Positions 9,144 to 19,429 of a stretch of 64,000 nt of DNA are shown here, one piece after another. The notes beneath the pieces are model-generated. The model saw only the letters and a program-made list of their open reading frames with translations, ran no database searches and was not told the origin of the DNA. The DNA is taken from positions 1 through 64,000 of the forward strand of contig CAWHFW010000004.1 of assembly GCA_963828735.1 (NCBI GenBank). Direction: 5' to 3'. This DNA is from an uncultured Gemmatimonadales bacterium. Lineage in GTDB: Bacteria; Gemmatimonadota; Gemmatimonadetes; Gemmatimonadales; GWC2-71-9. The translations under genes were made by a program, and so were the position numbers. Positions within the stretch are counted from its first letter, which is position 1, and every line of letters begins with the position of its first letter.

Positions 9144-10148
9144 ATGCCCGACCTTCGAATCGAGGCCACCCGCGGGAATCTCGTCGAATCCGTCCACCGG
9201 GTGTCGGTGGCCGTCATGAACGCCGACGGCCGGCTCGTGGCGGCCTCAGGCGATCCCTCGCGAGTCGCCTATTGGCGCTCGGCTGCCAAGCCGTTCCAGG
9301 CCATGCCGCTGATCGCCGACGGCGCAGCCGACGCGCTGTCGATCACGCCGCAGGAGCTGGCATTGGCCTGCGCCTCCCACTCGGGCGAGGCGCGCCACCT
9401 GGCCGTGGCGGCCGGTCTGCTCCGGCGGATCGGCGCGACCGAGGACATGCTGGCCTGCGGGCCTCATCCGCCCGCCTCCGATGCCGAGGCCGAACGACTC
9501 GTGCGCGAAGGCATCACTCTGACACCGCTCTGGAACAACTGCTCGGGCAAGCACGCGGGGATGCTGGCGCTGGTGCGTCACCACGGCTGGCCTTCGGCCG
9601 GTTATGAGCGCGCGGGACATCCGCTGCAGCATCGGATTCTGCAGGAGGTGGCCCGCTGGACCGGTGTTCGTGCGGAGGCGATACCGACCGCGACCGAAGG
9701 CTGCACGGCGGTGACGTTCGCGCTGCCGCTCACCGCGATGGCCCTGGCGTGGGCCCGGTTCGGGGTGGACGAGGCGCCCGCGCCCGCACGCCTTCGTTCG
9801 GCGATGGCGGCGCATCCGGAGCTGGTCGCGGGCACGGGACGGTTGTGCACCGAGTTGATGGCCGCGCTGCCGCACCTCGTGCTGGCGAAGGTAGGCGCGG
9901 CGGGCATCTATTGCGCCGCGGTGCCGGAGCTCGGCTTGGGCGTGGCGCTCAAGGTAGCCGACGGTGACAGCACGGCATCCCCGCCCGCGCTGCTGGCCGT
10001 GCTCGCGGCGCTGGTCGAGCGCGCGGGAGCAGGGGACCGGTACGATCTCGGGCCCGTGGCCCATCATGCGGAGCGCCCGATCGTCGACACCCGTAACGCC
10101 CGGGTCGGCACGCTTCGCGCGACCGGCGGTCTGCGTTTTCATGGTTGA
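9144..10148 (+). CDS. L-asparaginase II (Rhizobium AnsA type)
   Basis: RGNLVESVH, RSAAKPFQA, ACASHSGE, NNCSGKHAGML motifs. Confidence 0.88.
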   Translation: MPDLRIEATRGNLVESVHRVSVAVMNADGRLVAASGDPSRVAYWRSAAKPFQAMPLIADGAADALSITPQELALACASHSGEARHLAVAAGLLRRIGATEDMLACGPHPPASDAEAERLVREGITLTPLWNNCSGKHAGMLALVRHHGWPSAGYERAGHPLQHRILQEVARWTGVRAEAIPTATEGCTAVTFALPLTAMALAWARFGVDEAPAPARLRSAMAAHPELVAGTGRLCTELMAALPHLVLAKVGAAGIYCAAVPELGLGVALKVADGDSTASPPALLAVLAALVERAGAGDRYDLGPVAHHAERPIVDTRNARVGTLRATGGLRFHG

Positions 10149-10197
10149 GCCGGGCAAGGATTCGATGCTGGACCTCACCTCAACCGAGGTAGGATGG

Positions 10198-10839
10198 ATG
10201 GCGAAACAGGACAATCTCGACCCGCAAACGCGCGATCTCGTGCGCTTCGCGGCCGCCATCGCGCAGGGCTACGAGCCCGAGCTGCGAGAGCGCGTGGGGC
10301 CGCTCCGCTCGTCGCAGGTCCCGGCCCAGTGGGTCGAGGAGCTGCTGCTCCAGTCGGTGCTCATGGTGGGATATCCGCGGGCCCTCATCGCCTTCGGCGT
10401 CTGGCGGAAATTCAGCGGCGTGCCGGCGCCACAGTCGGATGAGGGGCAGGACTATGGCCATCTCGAGGAATGGGCTCGCCGTGGCGAAGCGGTGTGCACC
10501 ACCATCTACGGGGAGAACTACCGGAAGCTGCGGGACAGCGTTCGCGCCCTGCACCCCGCCATCGACGCCTGGATGATCGCGGAAGGCTACGGCCGAACCC
10601 TCGGACGGCCCGGCCTCGACCTGATGCGGCGCGAGCTCTGCACGGTGGCGCAGACTGCGGTGCTCGAGGCGCCCAAACAGCTCCATTCGCATCTCCGCGG
10701 CGCACTGAACGCGGGCGCGTCGTTCGGCCAGATCGAGGGCGTGCTCTCCATCGTCAACCCGCTCCTCTCGTTCGATCAGTGGAAGAAGGTCAAGGAGCTG
10801 TGGCGTACGGTGCGCGAGGGTTGGGCGCCGGGGAACTGA
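10198..10839 (+). CDS. Carboxymuconolactone decarboxylase / AhpD-like protein
   Basis: 'GYGRTLGRPGLDLMRRELCTVA...QLHSHLRGALNAGAS'. SD GAGG before ATG 10198; alternative start 10141. Confidence 0.82.
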   Translation: MAKQDNLDPQTRDLVRFAAAIAQGYEPELRERVGPLRSSQVPAQWVEELLLQSVLMVGYPRALIAFGVWRKFSGVPAPQSDEGQDYGHLEEWARRGEAVCTTIYGENYRKLRDSVRALHPAIDAWMIAEGYGRTLGRPGLDLMRRELCTVAQTAVLEAPKQLHSHLRGALNAGASFGQIEGVLSIVNPLLSFDQWKKVKELWRTVREGWAPGN

Positions 10840-11891
10840 TGTTCATCGATCGCGCGGTGGTGCGGGTGGAGGCGGGGACGGGCGGATCGGGCGCAAGCTC
10901 GTTCGCCCGGTTCAAGTACAAGCCCAAGGGCGGCCCCGACGGTGGGGACGGCGGACGCGGCGGCAGCGTCTATGTCCGCGGGGACGCGAACTTGGCCACC
11001 CTGCTCGACTACCGCTACCGCATCTCGTGGAAGGCCGGCCGCGGGGAGCACGGCAAGGGGAAGACACAAACCGGCGCCTCCGCTGAAGACCTCTACCTGC
11101 CCGTTCCGCCGGGCACCGTGGTGCGCGACGCCGACACCGGCGAACGCCTGGGCGAGGTGCTGCGCGAGGGCGATACCATGCTCGTGGCGCGGGGTGGACG
11201 GGGAGGCCGCGGCAACGCACGGTTCGCCACATCGACGCACCAGGCACCGCGCGAGTGGGAGCCGGGCGAGGAAGGGCAGCAACGTCAAATCGAGCTGGTG
11301 CTGAAGCTCATCGCCGATGTGGGCCTCCTCGGCGAGCCGAACGCGGGGAAGAGCACGCTGCTGTCCGTCGTGTCGGCTGCACGGCCCAAGATCGCGGACT
11401 ATCCCTTCACCACGCTCGAGCCGAACCTGGGCGTCGTGCCGCTCTCGGACCACCGGACGTTCGTCATAGCCGACATTCCAGGGATCATCGAGGGCGCGCA
11501 CGCCGGCAAGGGGCTCGGTCTCAAGTTTCTGCAGCACGTGGAGCGCACCCGGGTCCTCGCCTATCTCGTGCCCCTCGACAGCCCCGACCCCGGGCAGGCG
11601 TACCATCGGCTCCGCGACGAGGTGCGGCTGTACAGCGAAGCCCTGGCCGAGACGCCGCACGTTCTGCTGCTCACCAAGCGGGATCTGTCGCCCCCGGGAG
11701 ATCCGCTCCCCGCTCTCGAGGCGCCGGAGGCAGCGGGGATCATGGCGATTTCGAGCGCCGCGGGTACGGGGCTCGAGGATCTCAAGGAATTTCTGTGGAA
11801 GTTCGTGGAGGAGGCCAAGGCAGCGGGCGGCAGCGCGGTCGAGGCCACCGTGGATCAACCCGGCTACTGGGAGTTCATGGACGACGAGTAG
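10839..11891 (+). CDS. obgE: GTPase ObgE/CgtA
   Basis: MFIDRA, GGPDGGDGGRGG, GEPNAGKST, ADYPFTTL, DIPGIIEGA. Confidence 0.97.
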   Translation: MFIDRAVVRVEAGTGGSGASSFARFKYKPKGGPDGGDGGRGGSVYVRGDANLATLLDYRYRISWKAGRGEHGKGKTQTGASAEDLYLPVPPGTVVRDADTGERLGEVLREGDTMLVARGGRGGRGNARFATSTHQAPREWEPGEEGQQRQIELVLKLIADVGLLGEPNAGKSTLLSVVSAARPKIADYPFTTLEPNLGVVPLSDHRTFVIADIPGIIEGAHAGKGLGLKFLQHVERTRVLAYLVPLDSPDPGQAYHRLRDEVRLYSEALAETPHVLLLTKRDLSPPGDPLPALEAPEAAGIMAISSAAGTGLEDLKEFLWKFVEEAKAAGGSAVEATVDQPGYWEFMDDE

Positions 11892-12992
11892 ATGGATAGC
11901 CAACGCCTCGCCTACCTGGCGCTGACCCAGGTCCCCGGTCTGGGACCGGCGCGCCTTCAGACGCTTCTCGACGCATGTCACACTCCGCTCGGCGCCCACT
12001 CGGCGCCGTTCGCGTTTTTATGCACCGTGGAGGGAATCGGTCGCGCGTGCGCGACCGCCATCAAGGAAACTCCGCTCGCCATCGGGCGACAGCTCGTGGA
12101 AGCAGCGGAGGCCGTCGGGGCGCGCATCCTCCTGCCCGATGACGGCGACTTTCCCGCCGTGCTCCGCACCATCCCCGACCCACCGCCCGTGATCTTCGCG
12201 CGAGGGCGGCTCGACCTGCTGGACCGGCCGGCCCTCGCCATCGTCGGCAGCCGTGACCACTCCGCCTATGGTGCCACGGTCGCGCGATCGGTCGCCGCGC
12301 ATGCCGCGCGCGCCGGGCTCGTCGTCGTGAGCGGCATGGCTCGCGGTCTCGATGCCGTCGCGCACGCCGCGGCACTGGACGCGGGGGGTACGACAATCGG
12401 CGTCCTGGGCAACGGGCTCGGCGTCATCTACCCGGCCGCCAACCGCGCGCTCTACGAACGGGTCTTGGCGGAGGGACTCCTGATCAGCGAGTTCCCGCCC
12501 GGCGAGCGCCCGCACGCCGGCAGTTTCCCACGCCGGAACCGGCTGATCAGCGGCCTCGCACGGGCCACGCTCGTGATCGAAGCGGCGGTCGGCTCGGGCG
12601 CCCTGATCACCGCGGGTACTGCCCTGGATCAGGGCAGGGACGTGATGGCCGTTCCCGGTCCGATCACGAGCCCCCTCTCGACCGGCTGCAATCGCCTGCT
12701 CCGGGACGGCGCCACGCCCTATCTCGAGCTGGCCGACCTTGGCCAGCTCTATCCCGAGGCCCCGTTCGCGGAGGAGCCGGCCTGTGTGGCCACAGGGCCG
12801 ACGCGGCTGCCGGACACGCTCAGCAACACCGAGCGCGAAGTCGCCGAGCTGCTGGGTGCCGAGGCCATGCACCTCGACGCTCTCGTCGAGCGCGGCGGGC
12901 GACCGGTCGGTGAGCTGCTGGCAGCGCTGTGCCGGCTGGAGCTGCACGGCGTGGTGGAGCAGGCGCCTGGCCGATTGTTTCGCCGGGTGTAG
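11892..12992 (+). CDS. dprA: DNA-processing protein DprA
   Basis: AIVGSR, VVSGMARGLDA, FPRRNRLISGL, SGALITA, C-terminal winged helix. Confidence 0.95.
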   Translation: MDSQRLAYLALTQVPGLGPARLQTLLDACHTPLGAHSAPFAFLCTVEGIGRACATAIKETPLAIGRQLVEAAEAVGARILLPDDGDFPAVLRTIPDPPPVIFARGRLDLLDRPALAIVGSRDHSAYGATVARSVAAHAARAGLVVVSGMARGLDAVAHAAALDAGGTTIGVLGNGLGVIYPAANRALYERVLAEGLLISEFPPGERPHAGSFPRRNRLISGLARATLVIEAAVGSGALITAGTALDQGRDVMAVPGPITSPLSTGCNRLLRDGATPYLELADLGQLYPEAPFAEEPACVATGPTRLPDTLSNTEREVAELLGAEAMHLDALVERGGRPVGELLAALCRLELHGVVEQAPGRLFRRV

Positions 12993-13085
12993 CGGTTCCC
13001 GGCGTGCGAACCGTCAGCGGCGGCGAGCCGCGAAACAGGGCAGCGTCGGCAGCCAGCCCGCCTTCGTCACGTGCATATTTCACCC

Positions 13086-14192
13086 GTGCACCTCTACATC
13101 CACGTCCCGTTCTGCGCCCGGCGGTGCAGCTACTGCGATTTCGCGATCGCGGTCCGCCGCCAGGTGCCCTCGCGGCGGTATGTGGACGTGGTGCTGCAGG
13201 AATGGCGGGCGTGGCAGTCCCATCCAGCCTGGGACGGGTCTCCGCGCCTGGACACCGTGTACTTCGGCGGCGGGACTCCCTCGCACCTCGAGCCCGGCGC
13301 CATCGCCGGTCTGATGGGCGGTTTCGCGCGCGAGCGCTCCATCGCCGCCGGCGCCGAGGTCACCCTCGAGGCCAATCCCGATGACGTCACGCCCGCCGCC
13401 GCCGCCGCCTGGCGCGCCGCTGGAGTGAACCGGGTATCGCTCGGGGTGCAGTCGTTCGATGCCTCCGTCCTGCGATGGATGCATCGGACTCACACGGTCG
13501 AACAGGTGGCCCCCGCCGTGGAGGCGGTGCGTTCGGCGGGCATCGCCGACCTGTCGCTCGACCTGATCTTCGGGCTGCCCGCCGCCCTGGGCCGCGACTG
13601 GAATCACGACCTCGCGGCCGCCATCGCCTTGGCGCCCGATCACCTCTCGCTCTATGGCCTCACCGTCGAGGATCACACCCCGTTGGCCCGATGGGCGGAA
13701 CGGGGCGAGGTGGCACCCGTCGACGAGGAGCGCTATGCCACCGAGTTCCTCGCGGCGCACCAGGCGCTCGTTGGCCATGGCTACGAGCACTACGAGGTAT
13801 CCAACGCCGCCCGTCCCGGACGCCGCGCGCGACACAACGGGGCGTACTGGCGTCGCGCCCCGTTCATCGGCCTCGGCCCGTCCGCCCACAGCGGCCTCGG
13901 CCGGAGCCGTCGATGGAATGTGCGGGACTGGTCCGCCTACGACCGCGCGATCTCGGAAGGCCGCTCGGTCGTGGCGGGAGAGGAGGAATTGAGCGACGAG
14001 GCCGTGGCCCTGGAGGAGGTCTACCTGGGTCTCCGGACCGACCGGGGCATCCCGGCCGAGCGGTTCTCCCCCGAGGTTATCGCGGCCTGGACGGTGGCCT
14101 CATGGGCTCGAACGAACCCGGACGGACGGCTCCGGCTCACGCCCGAAGGCTGGCTTCGACTGGATGCGTTGGTGGCGTCGGCGAGTGCGTAG
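13086..14192 (+). CDS. hemW: Radical SAM heme chaperone HemW
   Basis: LYIHVPFCARRCSYCDF, YFGGGTPS, EANP, RVSLGVQSF, HYEVSN. GTG start chosen at 13086. Confidence 0.93.
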   Translation: MHLYIHVPFCARRCSYCDFAIAVRRQVPSRRYVDVVLQEWRAWQSHPAWDGSPRLDTVYFGGGTPSHLEPGAIAGLMGGFARERSIAAGAEVTLEANPDDVTPAAAAAWRAAGVNRVSLGVQSFDASVLRWMHRTHTVEQVAPAVEAVRSAGIADLSLDLIFGLPAALGRDWNHDLAAAIALAPDHLSLYGLTVEDHTPLARWAERGEVAPVDEERYATEFLAAHQALVGHGYEHYEVSNAARPGRRARHNGAYWRRAPFIGLGPSAHSGLGRSRRWNVRDWSAYDRAISEGRSVVAGEEELSDEAVALEEVYLGLRTDRGIPAERFSPEVIAAWTVASWARTNPDGRLRLTPEGWLRLDALVASASA

Positions 14193-14196
14193 CGGC

Positions 14197-14559
14197 CTAA
14201 TGGGTAGCGCCGGCCATCTCCGCGCAGGAGAGCGCACAGCGCCGGCAGATCTCCGAACATGCCGCCATGTAGGGGTCCTCGCTGAACCGATCGCACTCGT
14301 CGGCACAACGCGCGCAGACGGCCGCGCAGGCACGGCAGACGTGCGGGTGCAGCTCCGAGCCACGGATCATGAAGTCGGAGCTGGTGCGGCAGATTTCCGC
14401 GCAGTCGAGCAGCAGCCGGACCATGCCCTCGTCGATCCGGGGGGAACGCTCTCTCCGAAAGTGGCGCGCCGCCGTCTCGAGGCAGATCCGGTGACAGTTG
14501 GTACAGTTGTCGATGCACTGCTCCATGGCGTGGGAGCGGTGTGCGGTTCGGCTGGCCAT
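14197..14559 (-). CDS. Cys-rich four-helix-bundle copper-binding protein (DUF326/Csp3-like)
   Basis: 15 Cys in CxxxC/CxxC spacing, no signal peptide, SD AGGAGG upstream. Confidence 0.85.
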   Translation of the reverse strand: MASRTAHRSHAMEQCIDNCTNCHRICLETAARHFRRERSPRIDEGMVRLLLDCAEICRTSSDFMIRGSELHPHVCRACAAVCARCADECDRFSEDPYMAACSEICRRCALSCAEMAGATH

Positions 14560-14668
14560 GCGTCCTCCTGGCGCGTCGCGGCGGCTGGTGTCCGTTGGCC
14601 CGAAATGGGGCTATCGCCACGGTAGATCAGGGGCGGACGGCGGTCAACCCGAATAGATTTCCGTAGTC

Positions 14669-15706
14669 ATGCCCATTCCAGACCAGCTGAGTGACCGGGA
14701 GCTCAAGGTTCTCGAGGCGGTCGTGAAGACCTACATCGAAACCGCCGAGCCCGCCGGGAGCCAAACGATTGCGCGCCGGTTCGGGCTGGGAGTGTCCCCG
14801 GCCACGATCCGGCACACGATGAGCGAGCTCGAGGACAAGGGCTATCTGTTTCACCCCCATACTTCCGCCGGTCGGATCCCGACCGATCGGGCGTACCGGG
14901 TCTACGTGAACGAGATCATGCGACTCGCGCCTCCGAGCCGGGAGGCCCGCCAGACGCTGCAGACCGAGCTCCTCGGCTCGCGCAACGCGGTGGAGGAGAT
15001 CCTGCGGCGGGCGGCCCAGGTCCTGGGTGTCCTGACCCACGAGCTCGGCATGGCCGTCGCTCCCGCGCTCGACGAGCTGGTGCTCGAGCGGCTGGAGCTG
15101 GTACCGATGAGCACCGAGCGGCTCCTGCTCGTGTTCAACCTGCGGAGCGGCCTGGTCCGGACCATCTTCGTCGAGGTGCCCGGGCGGGTCCGCGCGGAGA
15201 CCGTGCAGGAGGTGGCCCGGGTGCTGAACGAGCGGCTCGCCGGGCACACGCTCCAGCAGATCCGCGCCACGCTGCCCGAGCGGCTCCGCGACGCCTCCGG
15301 CATGGACGGCGGGCGCGAGTTGCTCAACATCTTCATCGCCGAGGCCGAGGAGATCTTCGATCTCTCGGACGAGCGGAACGCCGTGGTGCTCGGAAGCGCG
15401 GAGATGCTGGCGGGGCAGCCCGAGTTCGCCTCGAACGCGCGGATGCGCGAGCTGCTCCGGCTGACCGAGGGGCGCGACCTGCTCAAGCAGGCGCTCGCCT
15501 TGCGCCGTCAGACCGGCGTGTCGATCACGATCGGCGCCGAGAATCCCGACGCGCGCCTGACCGACTTCACGCTGGTCACCGCGTCCTATGAGGCCGGTGC
15601 GCTCAAGGGAGTGATCGGCGTGATGGGACCGACCCGCATGCCGTACGACAAGATCATCGGGCTGGTGGAGCATACCAGCCGCCTCGTGGAGGACCTGCTG
15701 GAGTGA
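14669..15706 (+). CDS. hrcA: Heat-inducible transcription repressor HrcA
   Basis: [36 protein letters not shown]. Confidence 0.96.
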   Translation: MPIPDQLSDRELKVLEAVVKTYIETAEPAGSQTIARRFGLGVSPATIRHTMSELEDKGYLFHPHTSAGRIPTDRAYRVYVNEIMRLAPPSREARQTLQTELLGSRNAVEEILRRAAQVLGVLTHELGMAVAPALDELVLERLELVPMSTERLLLVFNLRSGLVRTIFVEVPGRVRAETVQEVARVLNERLAGHTLQQIRATLPERLRDASGMDGGRELLNIFIAEAEEIFDLSDERNAVVLGSAEMLAGQPEFASNARMRELLRLTEGRDLLKQALALRRQTGVSITIGAENPDARLTDFTLVTASYEAGALKGVIGVMGPTRMPYDKIIGLVEHTSRLVEDLLE

Positions 15707-16833
15707 GCGAGTTCTACGTTCTGCTCGGTGTCGCGCGCGATGCCACCGAGGCCGACATCAAGAAGGCCTATCGCAAGCTCGCCATGGAGTTCCACCCGGA
15801 CCGGAATCCCGCGCCCGAGGCGGAGGCCAAGTTCAAGGAGATCACCGAGGCCTACGAGGTCCTCCGCGATCCCCAGAAGCGCGCGGCGTACGACCGCTAC
15901 GGCAAGGCGGGTCTCGGCGGAGCCGGCGGCGGGTTCGGATTCCACCACGTGGATTTGTCCGAAGCGCTCAACATCTTCATGCGCGACTTCGGCGGCCTCG
16001 GGGGATTCGAGTCGTTGTTCGGCGGCGGGCGGGCCCGCGCGGACGCGCGCCGGGGGCAGGATGTGCGGGTGACGGTCAAGCTCTCGCTCGCCGACGTGGC
16101 CGCAGGCGTCAAGAAGACCGTCCGCTTCAAGGCGCCAGATCGCTGCTCCAACTGCGAGGGTACCGGCGCCAAGCCGGGCACCAGGCCGGTGCCATGCGGC
16201 ACGTGCAACGGAAGCGGCGAGGTGCGCCGCGCAGCGCGCAGCATGTTCGGTCAGTTCGTGTCCGTGTCGCCGTGCCCCACCTGCGGCGGCGACGGCGTCG
16301 TCGTTCAGGACCCTTGCGAGGTGTGCCGCGGCGAGGGGCGCGCACGGGCCGAGAGGACGGTGACCGTCGAGATCCCCGCCGGCGTGTCGGCCAACAATTA
16401 TCTCACGCTGCGTGGTCAGGGGGCCGCCGGCCCGCGCAACGGGCCCACGGGCGACCTGCTCGTCATGCTGGACATCAAGGACGACGAGCGGTTCGAGCGG
16501 CAGGGTGACGATCTGATCTTCGATCTGCCGCTCTCGTTCTCGCAGGTGGCGCTCGGCATGAAGGTCATGGTGCCCACGCCGTACGGTGAGGAGGAGATTC
16601 GCGTCCCTCCCGGCACTCAGCCCGAGACGATCGTGCGCCTGCGCGGACGCGGCCTCCCGGTGCTGGGCCAGAGCTCCAAGGGCGACCTGATCGTCCGCGT
16701 GCACGTGTGGACGCCCGAGCGGCTGACCGCCGAGCAGGAGCGGTTGTTCGAGGAGCTCTCGAAGCTCGAGGGCGAGCCGCCCAAGCGGTCGCCCGGGTTC
16801 TGGTCCAAGCTCAAGGAAGCGCTCGGCGCATGA
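15703..16833 (+). CDS. dnaJ: Chaperone DnaJ
   Basis: J domain HPD, G/F region, four CxxCxGxG repeats. Confidence 0.97.
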   Translation: MSEFYVLLGVARDATEADIKKAYRKLAMEFHPDRNPAPEAEAKFKEITEAYEVLRDPQKRAAYDRYGKAGLGGAGGGFGFHHVDLSEALNIFMRDFGGLGGFESLFGGGRARADARRGQDVRVTVKLSLADVAAGVKKTVRFKAPDRCSNCEGTGAKPGTRPVPCGTCNGSGEVRRAARSMFGQFVSVSPCPTCGGDGVVVQDPCEVCRGEGRARAERTVTVEIPAGVSANNYLTLRGQGAAGPRNGPTGDLLVMLDIKDDERFERQGDDLIFDLPLSFSQVALGMKVMVPTPYGEEEIRVPPGTQPETIVRLRGRGLPVLGQSSKGDLIVRVHVWTPERLTAEQERLFEELSKLEGEPPKRSPGFWSKLKEALGA

Positions 16834-17663
16834 CCTGGTGGGCGATCGACGTGCGGCCCGATCCGTCGCGCCGCGAGTGGATGGGGGCCTGGTTGGTGGC
16901 GCGGACCGGACAGGCCGTCGAGGAGCGAGACGACGGGATGCTGGTCACCTTCGCCGAAGACGAGCGCGGGGCGGACGATCTGGTGGCGGCACTCGCCGCG
17001 GAGAGCGGAGGGCCGGTCGAGGCGTCCCGGCGGCCGCTCGACGTCGTCGACTGGACCACGCGCTGGCGCGAGGGGCTCGGCGCGCGGCGGCTCGGTCGGC
17101 TCACCGTCATCCCCTCCTGGGTCACACCGAGCGCGGAGGTCGATGGGCCCGTCGTGGTCCTCGACCCCGAAACCGCGTTCGGGAGCGGAGAGCATGGCTC
17201 GACTCGCGCGGCACTGACGCTGCTCGAGCGTTCGGTCCACCCTGGCGATCAGGTGCTGGATCTCGGGAGCGGGAGCGGGATCCTCGCGATCGCCGCGGTC
17301 AAGCTCGGAGCCGCCCGGGCCGTCGGAATCGAGAATGACCCCGAGGCGAATCCCGTCGCCCGGCGGAACGCACAGCGAAACGGCGTCGGCCAGGCCGTGG
17401 AGTTCCTCGACGGCGACGCGGGCGACCTCGCCCCGCTCCTCGGCCCCGCCGACTTGCTCCTTTCGAACATCCTTCGCACGGTCAATACGGCACTGCTCCC
17501 CGCGATCGTGTCCGCCGTCCGGGCCGGTGGGACGGCGATCTTCTCCGGCATGGAGCTCGCCGAGTCCGATCTCTTCCGGCCCGCGCTCGCCGCGGCGGGA
17601 TTGGTCGCGCGCGACGAGGTGCAAGACGGCGGCTGGTGGGCCGTCGCGGCCGAGCGGCGGTGA
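16830..17663 (+). CDS. prmA: Ribosomal protein L11 methyltransferase
   Basis: [26 protein letters not shown], position after dnaJ. Confidence 0.92.
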   Translation: MTWWAIDVRPDPSRREWMGAWLVARTGQAVEERDDGMLVTFAEDERGADDLVAALAAESGGPVEASRRPLDVVDWTTRWREGLGARRLGRLTVIPSWVTPSAEVDGPVVVLDPETAFGSGEHGSTRAALTLLERSVHPGDQVLDLGSGSGILAIAAVKLGAARAVGIENDPEANPVARRNAQRNGVGQAVEFLDGDAGDLAPLLGPADLLLSNILRTVNTALLPAIVSAVRAGGTAIFSGMELAESDLFRPALAAAGLVARDEVQDGGWWAVAAERR

Positions 17664-18370
17664 TCACCCTGCTCGTGCCGGCCGGCGCCGCCGCGGGTCG
17701 GCGAGCGCCCGTGGACGAGGCGGAGGGCCATCACCTCCGCGTCCGGCGCGCTGCGGCAGGCGAGCGGGTGGCTTTGCGGGATGGCGCGGGGCTCGTCGGC
17801 ACCGGTCGGCTCGCCGCCGAGGGGCGCGAATGGATGGTGGACGTCGAGGCGGTCGAGCGGAGGCCCAGGCCCGCCGAGTTGACGCTCGCCATCGGCGCCG
17901 GAGATCGCGACCGCTTCGCGTGGCTGGTCGAGAAGGCCGTCGAGCTCGGCGCCACGTCCGTGGTGCCGCTCGAGACCGACCGCACCAGCGGCGTGGCGAC
18001 GCGGGTGCGCGACTCGCACTTGCCCAAGCTGCGCCGGCAGGCTCTGGAAGCGATCAAGCAGTGCGGCGCGGCGTGGGCTCTCGAGGTCGAGGCGCCCCAG
18101 CCGCTCGGCGAGCTCATCGCGCGTACCGAGCCCGGCGTTCACTGGCTGGCCGATGCCTCCGGCGCGGCCCCGCCGGGTTCACTGGACGCGTCGCCCGTCA
18201 CCGTCGTCATCGGGCCTGAGGGCGGTCTGACCGAGCCCGAGCGCGCGACGCTCCTGTCCGCGGGCTACCGACCGCTGGCCCTGGCTCCGCACACCCTGCG
18301 CTTCGAGACGGCCGCGCTCGCGGCTGCCGCCGTCGTGACCAGCGCGAGACTCCGGGGGCTGCATGGCTGA
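17660..18370 (+). CDS. rsmE: 16S rRNA m3U1498 methyltransferase
   Basis: HHLRVRR, EKAVELG, EAIKQCG, IGPEGGL, LRFETA. Confidence 0.92.
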   Translation: MITLLVPAGAAAGRRAPVDEAEGHHLRVRRAAAGERVALRDGAGLVGTGRLAAEGREWMVDVEAVERRPRPAELTLAIGAGDRDRFAWLVEKAVELGATSVVPLETDRTSGVATRVRDSHLPKLRRQALEAIKQCGAAWALEVEAPQPLGELIARTEPGVHWLADASGAAPPGSLDASPVTVVIGPEGGLTEPERATLLSAGYRPLALAPHTLRFETAALAAAAVVTSARLRGLHG

Positions 18371-18710
18371 TTGCCTGTTCTGCCGAATCGTGGCCGGGGA
18401 GATCCCCGCGAAGGTGGCCAAGCGCACCGCCGACGCGGTCGCGTTTCACGACATCGATCCCAAGGCGCCGGTCCACGTCCTGGTGATTCCCACGAAGCAC
18501 GTGGCGGCTGTGAGAAGTGCCACCGGCCCTGACGGTGAGGCGCTGCTCGGTCGTCTGCTCGCCTTCTCGGCCGAGGTGGCGGCGGAGCTTGGATTGGACG
18601 CCAAGGGCTATCGCATCGTGACCAATACCGGCCCCGATGCCGGCCAAAGCGTCGACCACCTCCACTTCCACGTGCTGGGCGGGCGGAAACTCACGTGGCC
18701 ACCCGGCTGA
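18363..18710 (+). CDS. hinT: Histidine triad nucleotide-binding protein
   Basis: DCLFCRI, GQSVDHLHFHVLGGR, WPPG end. Confidence 0.94.
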   Translation: MADCLFCRIVAGEIPAKVAKRTADAVAFHDIDPKAPVHVLVIPTKHVAAVRSATGPDGEALLGRLLAFSAEVAAELGLDAKGYRIVTNTGPDAGQSVDHLHFHVLGGRKLTWPPG

Positions 18711-18718
18711 CGGCGGCC

Positions 18719-18747
18719 TTGATCGGCCGCTCGTGATCGGCTAAATT
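18719..18747 (+). promoter_or_regulatory. Sigma70-type promoter of rpsU operon
   Basis: TTGATC, 17 bp spacer, TAAATT. Confidence 0.55.
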
Positions 18748-18798
18748 GCCTATTCTGTGCACTTTACGCCGACAGGCGCGAGAGGGGTGATACGAAGA

Positions 18799-18996
18799 AT
18801 GCCAGAAGTCATCATCCACGATGACGAGAGCTTCGAGCGGGCGCTCAAGCGGTTCAAGAAGAAGTGCGAGAAGGCTGGGATCCTCTCCGATCTCCGCAAG
18901 CATCGCCATTTCGAGAAGCCGAGCGAGAAGCGGAAGCGGAAGATGAACGCCGCGGTCCGCAAGAACCGCCGTGGCCCGCGTGTCCCCCGAGGCTAA
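18799..18996 (+). CDS. rpsU: 30S ribosomal protein S21
   Basis: [39 protein letters not shown]. Confidence 0.96.
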   Translation: MPEVIIHDDESFERALKRFKKKCEKAGILSDLRKHRHFEKPSEKRKRKMNAAVRKNRRGPRVPRG

Positions 18997-19429
18997 GGTC
19001 GCCGAAGCCTTGCGGGCGGCGTTGACCGCCGCCCGCAAGGCCCAGGACAAGCAACGCACGTTGGTGCTGGGAACCATCCTGGCGAACCTCAAGAATCGCG
19101 AGATCGAGCTCAAGCGCGCGGTCACCGATGACGACGTCATCGAGGTGCTGCGCAAAGGCATCAAGACCCGTCGCGAATCGGTCGAGCAGTACACCGCCGC
19201 GAAGCGCCCCGAATTGGCCGACACGGAGCGGTTTCAGATCGGCGTGCTCGAGGAATTCCTGCCGCCGGCCGTGGATCCGGAGGAGATCCGGACGGCCGTG
19301 CGTGCAGCGATCGCCGGCGGCGCGAAGGACGTCGGCAGGGTGATGGGGCAGGTGTTGCCCCAGTTCAAGGGCCGCGCCGACGGCAGGGACGTCAACCGGA
19401 TCGTACGCGAGGAGCTGCAGGCGAGCTGA
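18980..19429 (+). CDS. GatB/YqeY domain protein
   Basis: 'KNREIE...[10 protein letters not shown]...EEFLP...GRVMGQV..KGRADG'. Typical position after rpsU. Start approximate. Confidence 0.88.
   Translation: MSPEAKVAEALRAALTAARKAQDKQRTLVLGTILANLKNREIELKRAVTDDDVIEVLRKGIKTRRESVEQYTAAKRPELADTERFQIGVLEEFLPPAVDPEEIRTAVRAAIAGGAKDVGRVMGQVLPQFKGRADGRDVNRIVREELQAS

Noticed and set aside
18737..18747. TCGGCTAAA shared with the 5276-5291 repeats as a regulon motif
   Set aside because: At rpsU it is explained by the -10 box TAAATT of a 17-bp-spaced promoter.
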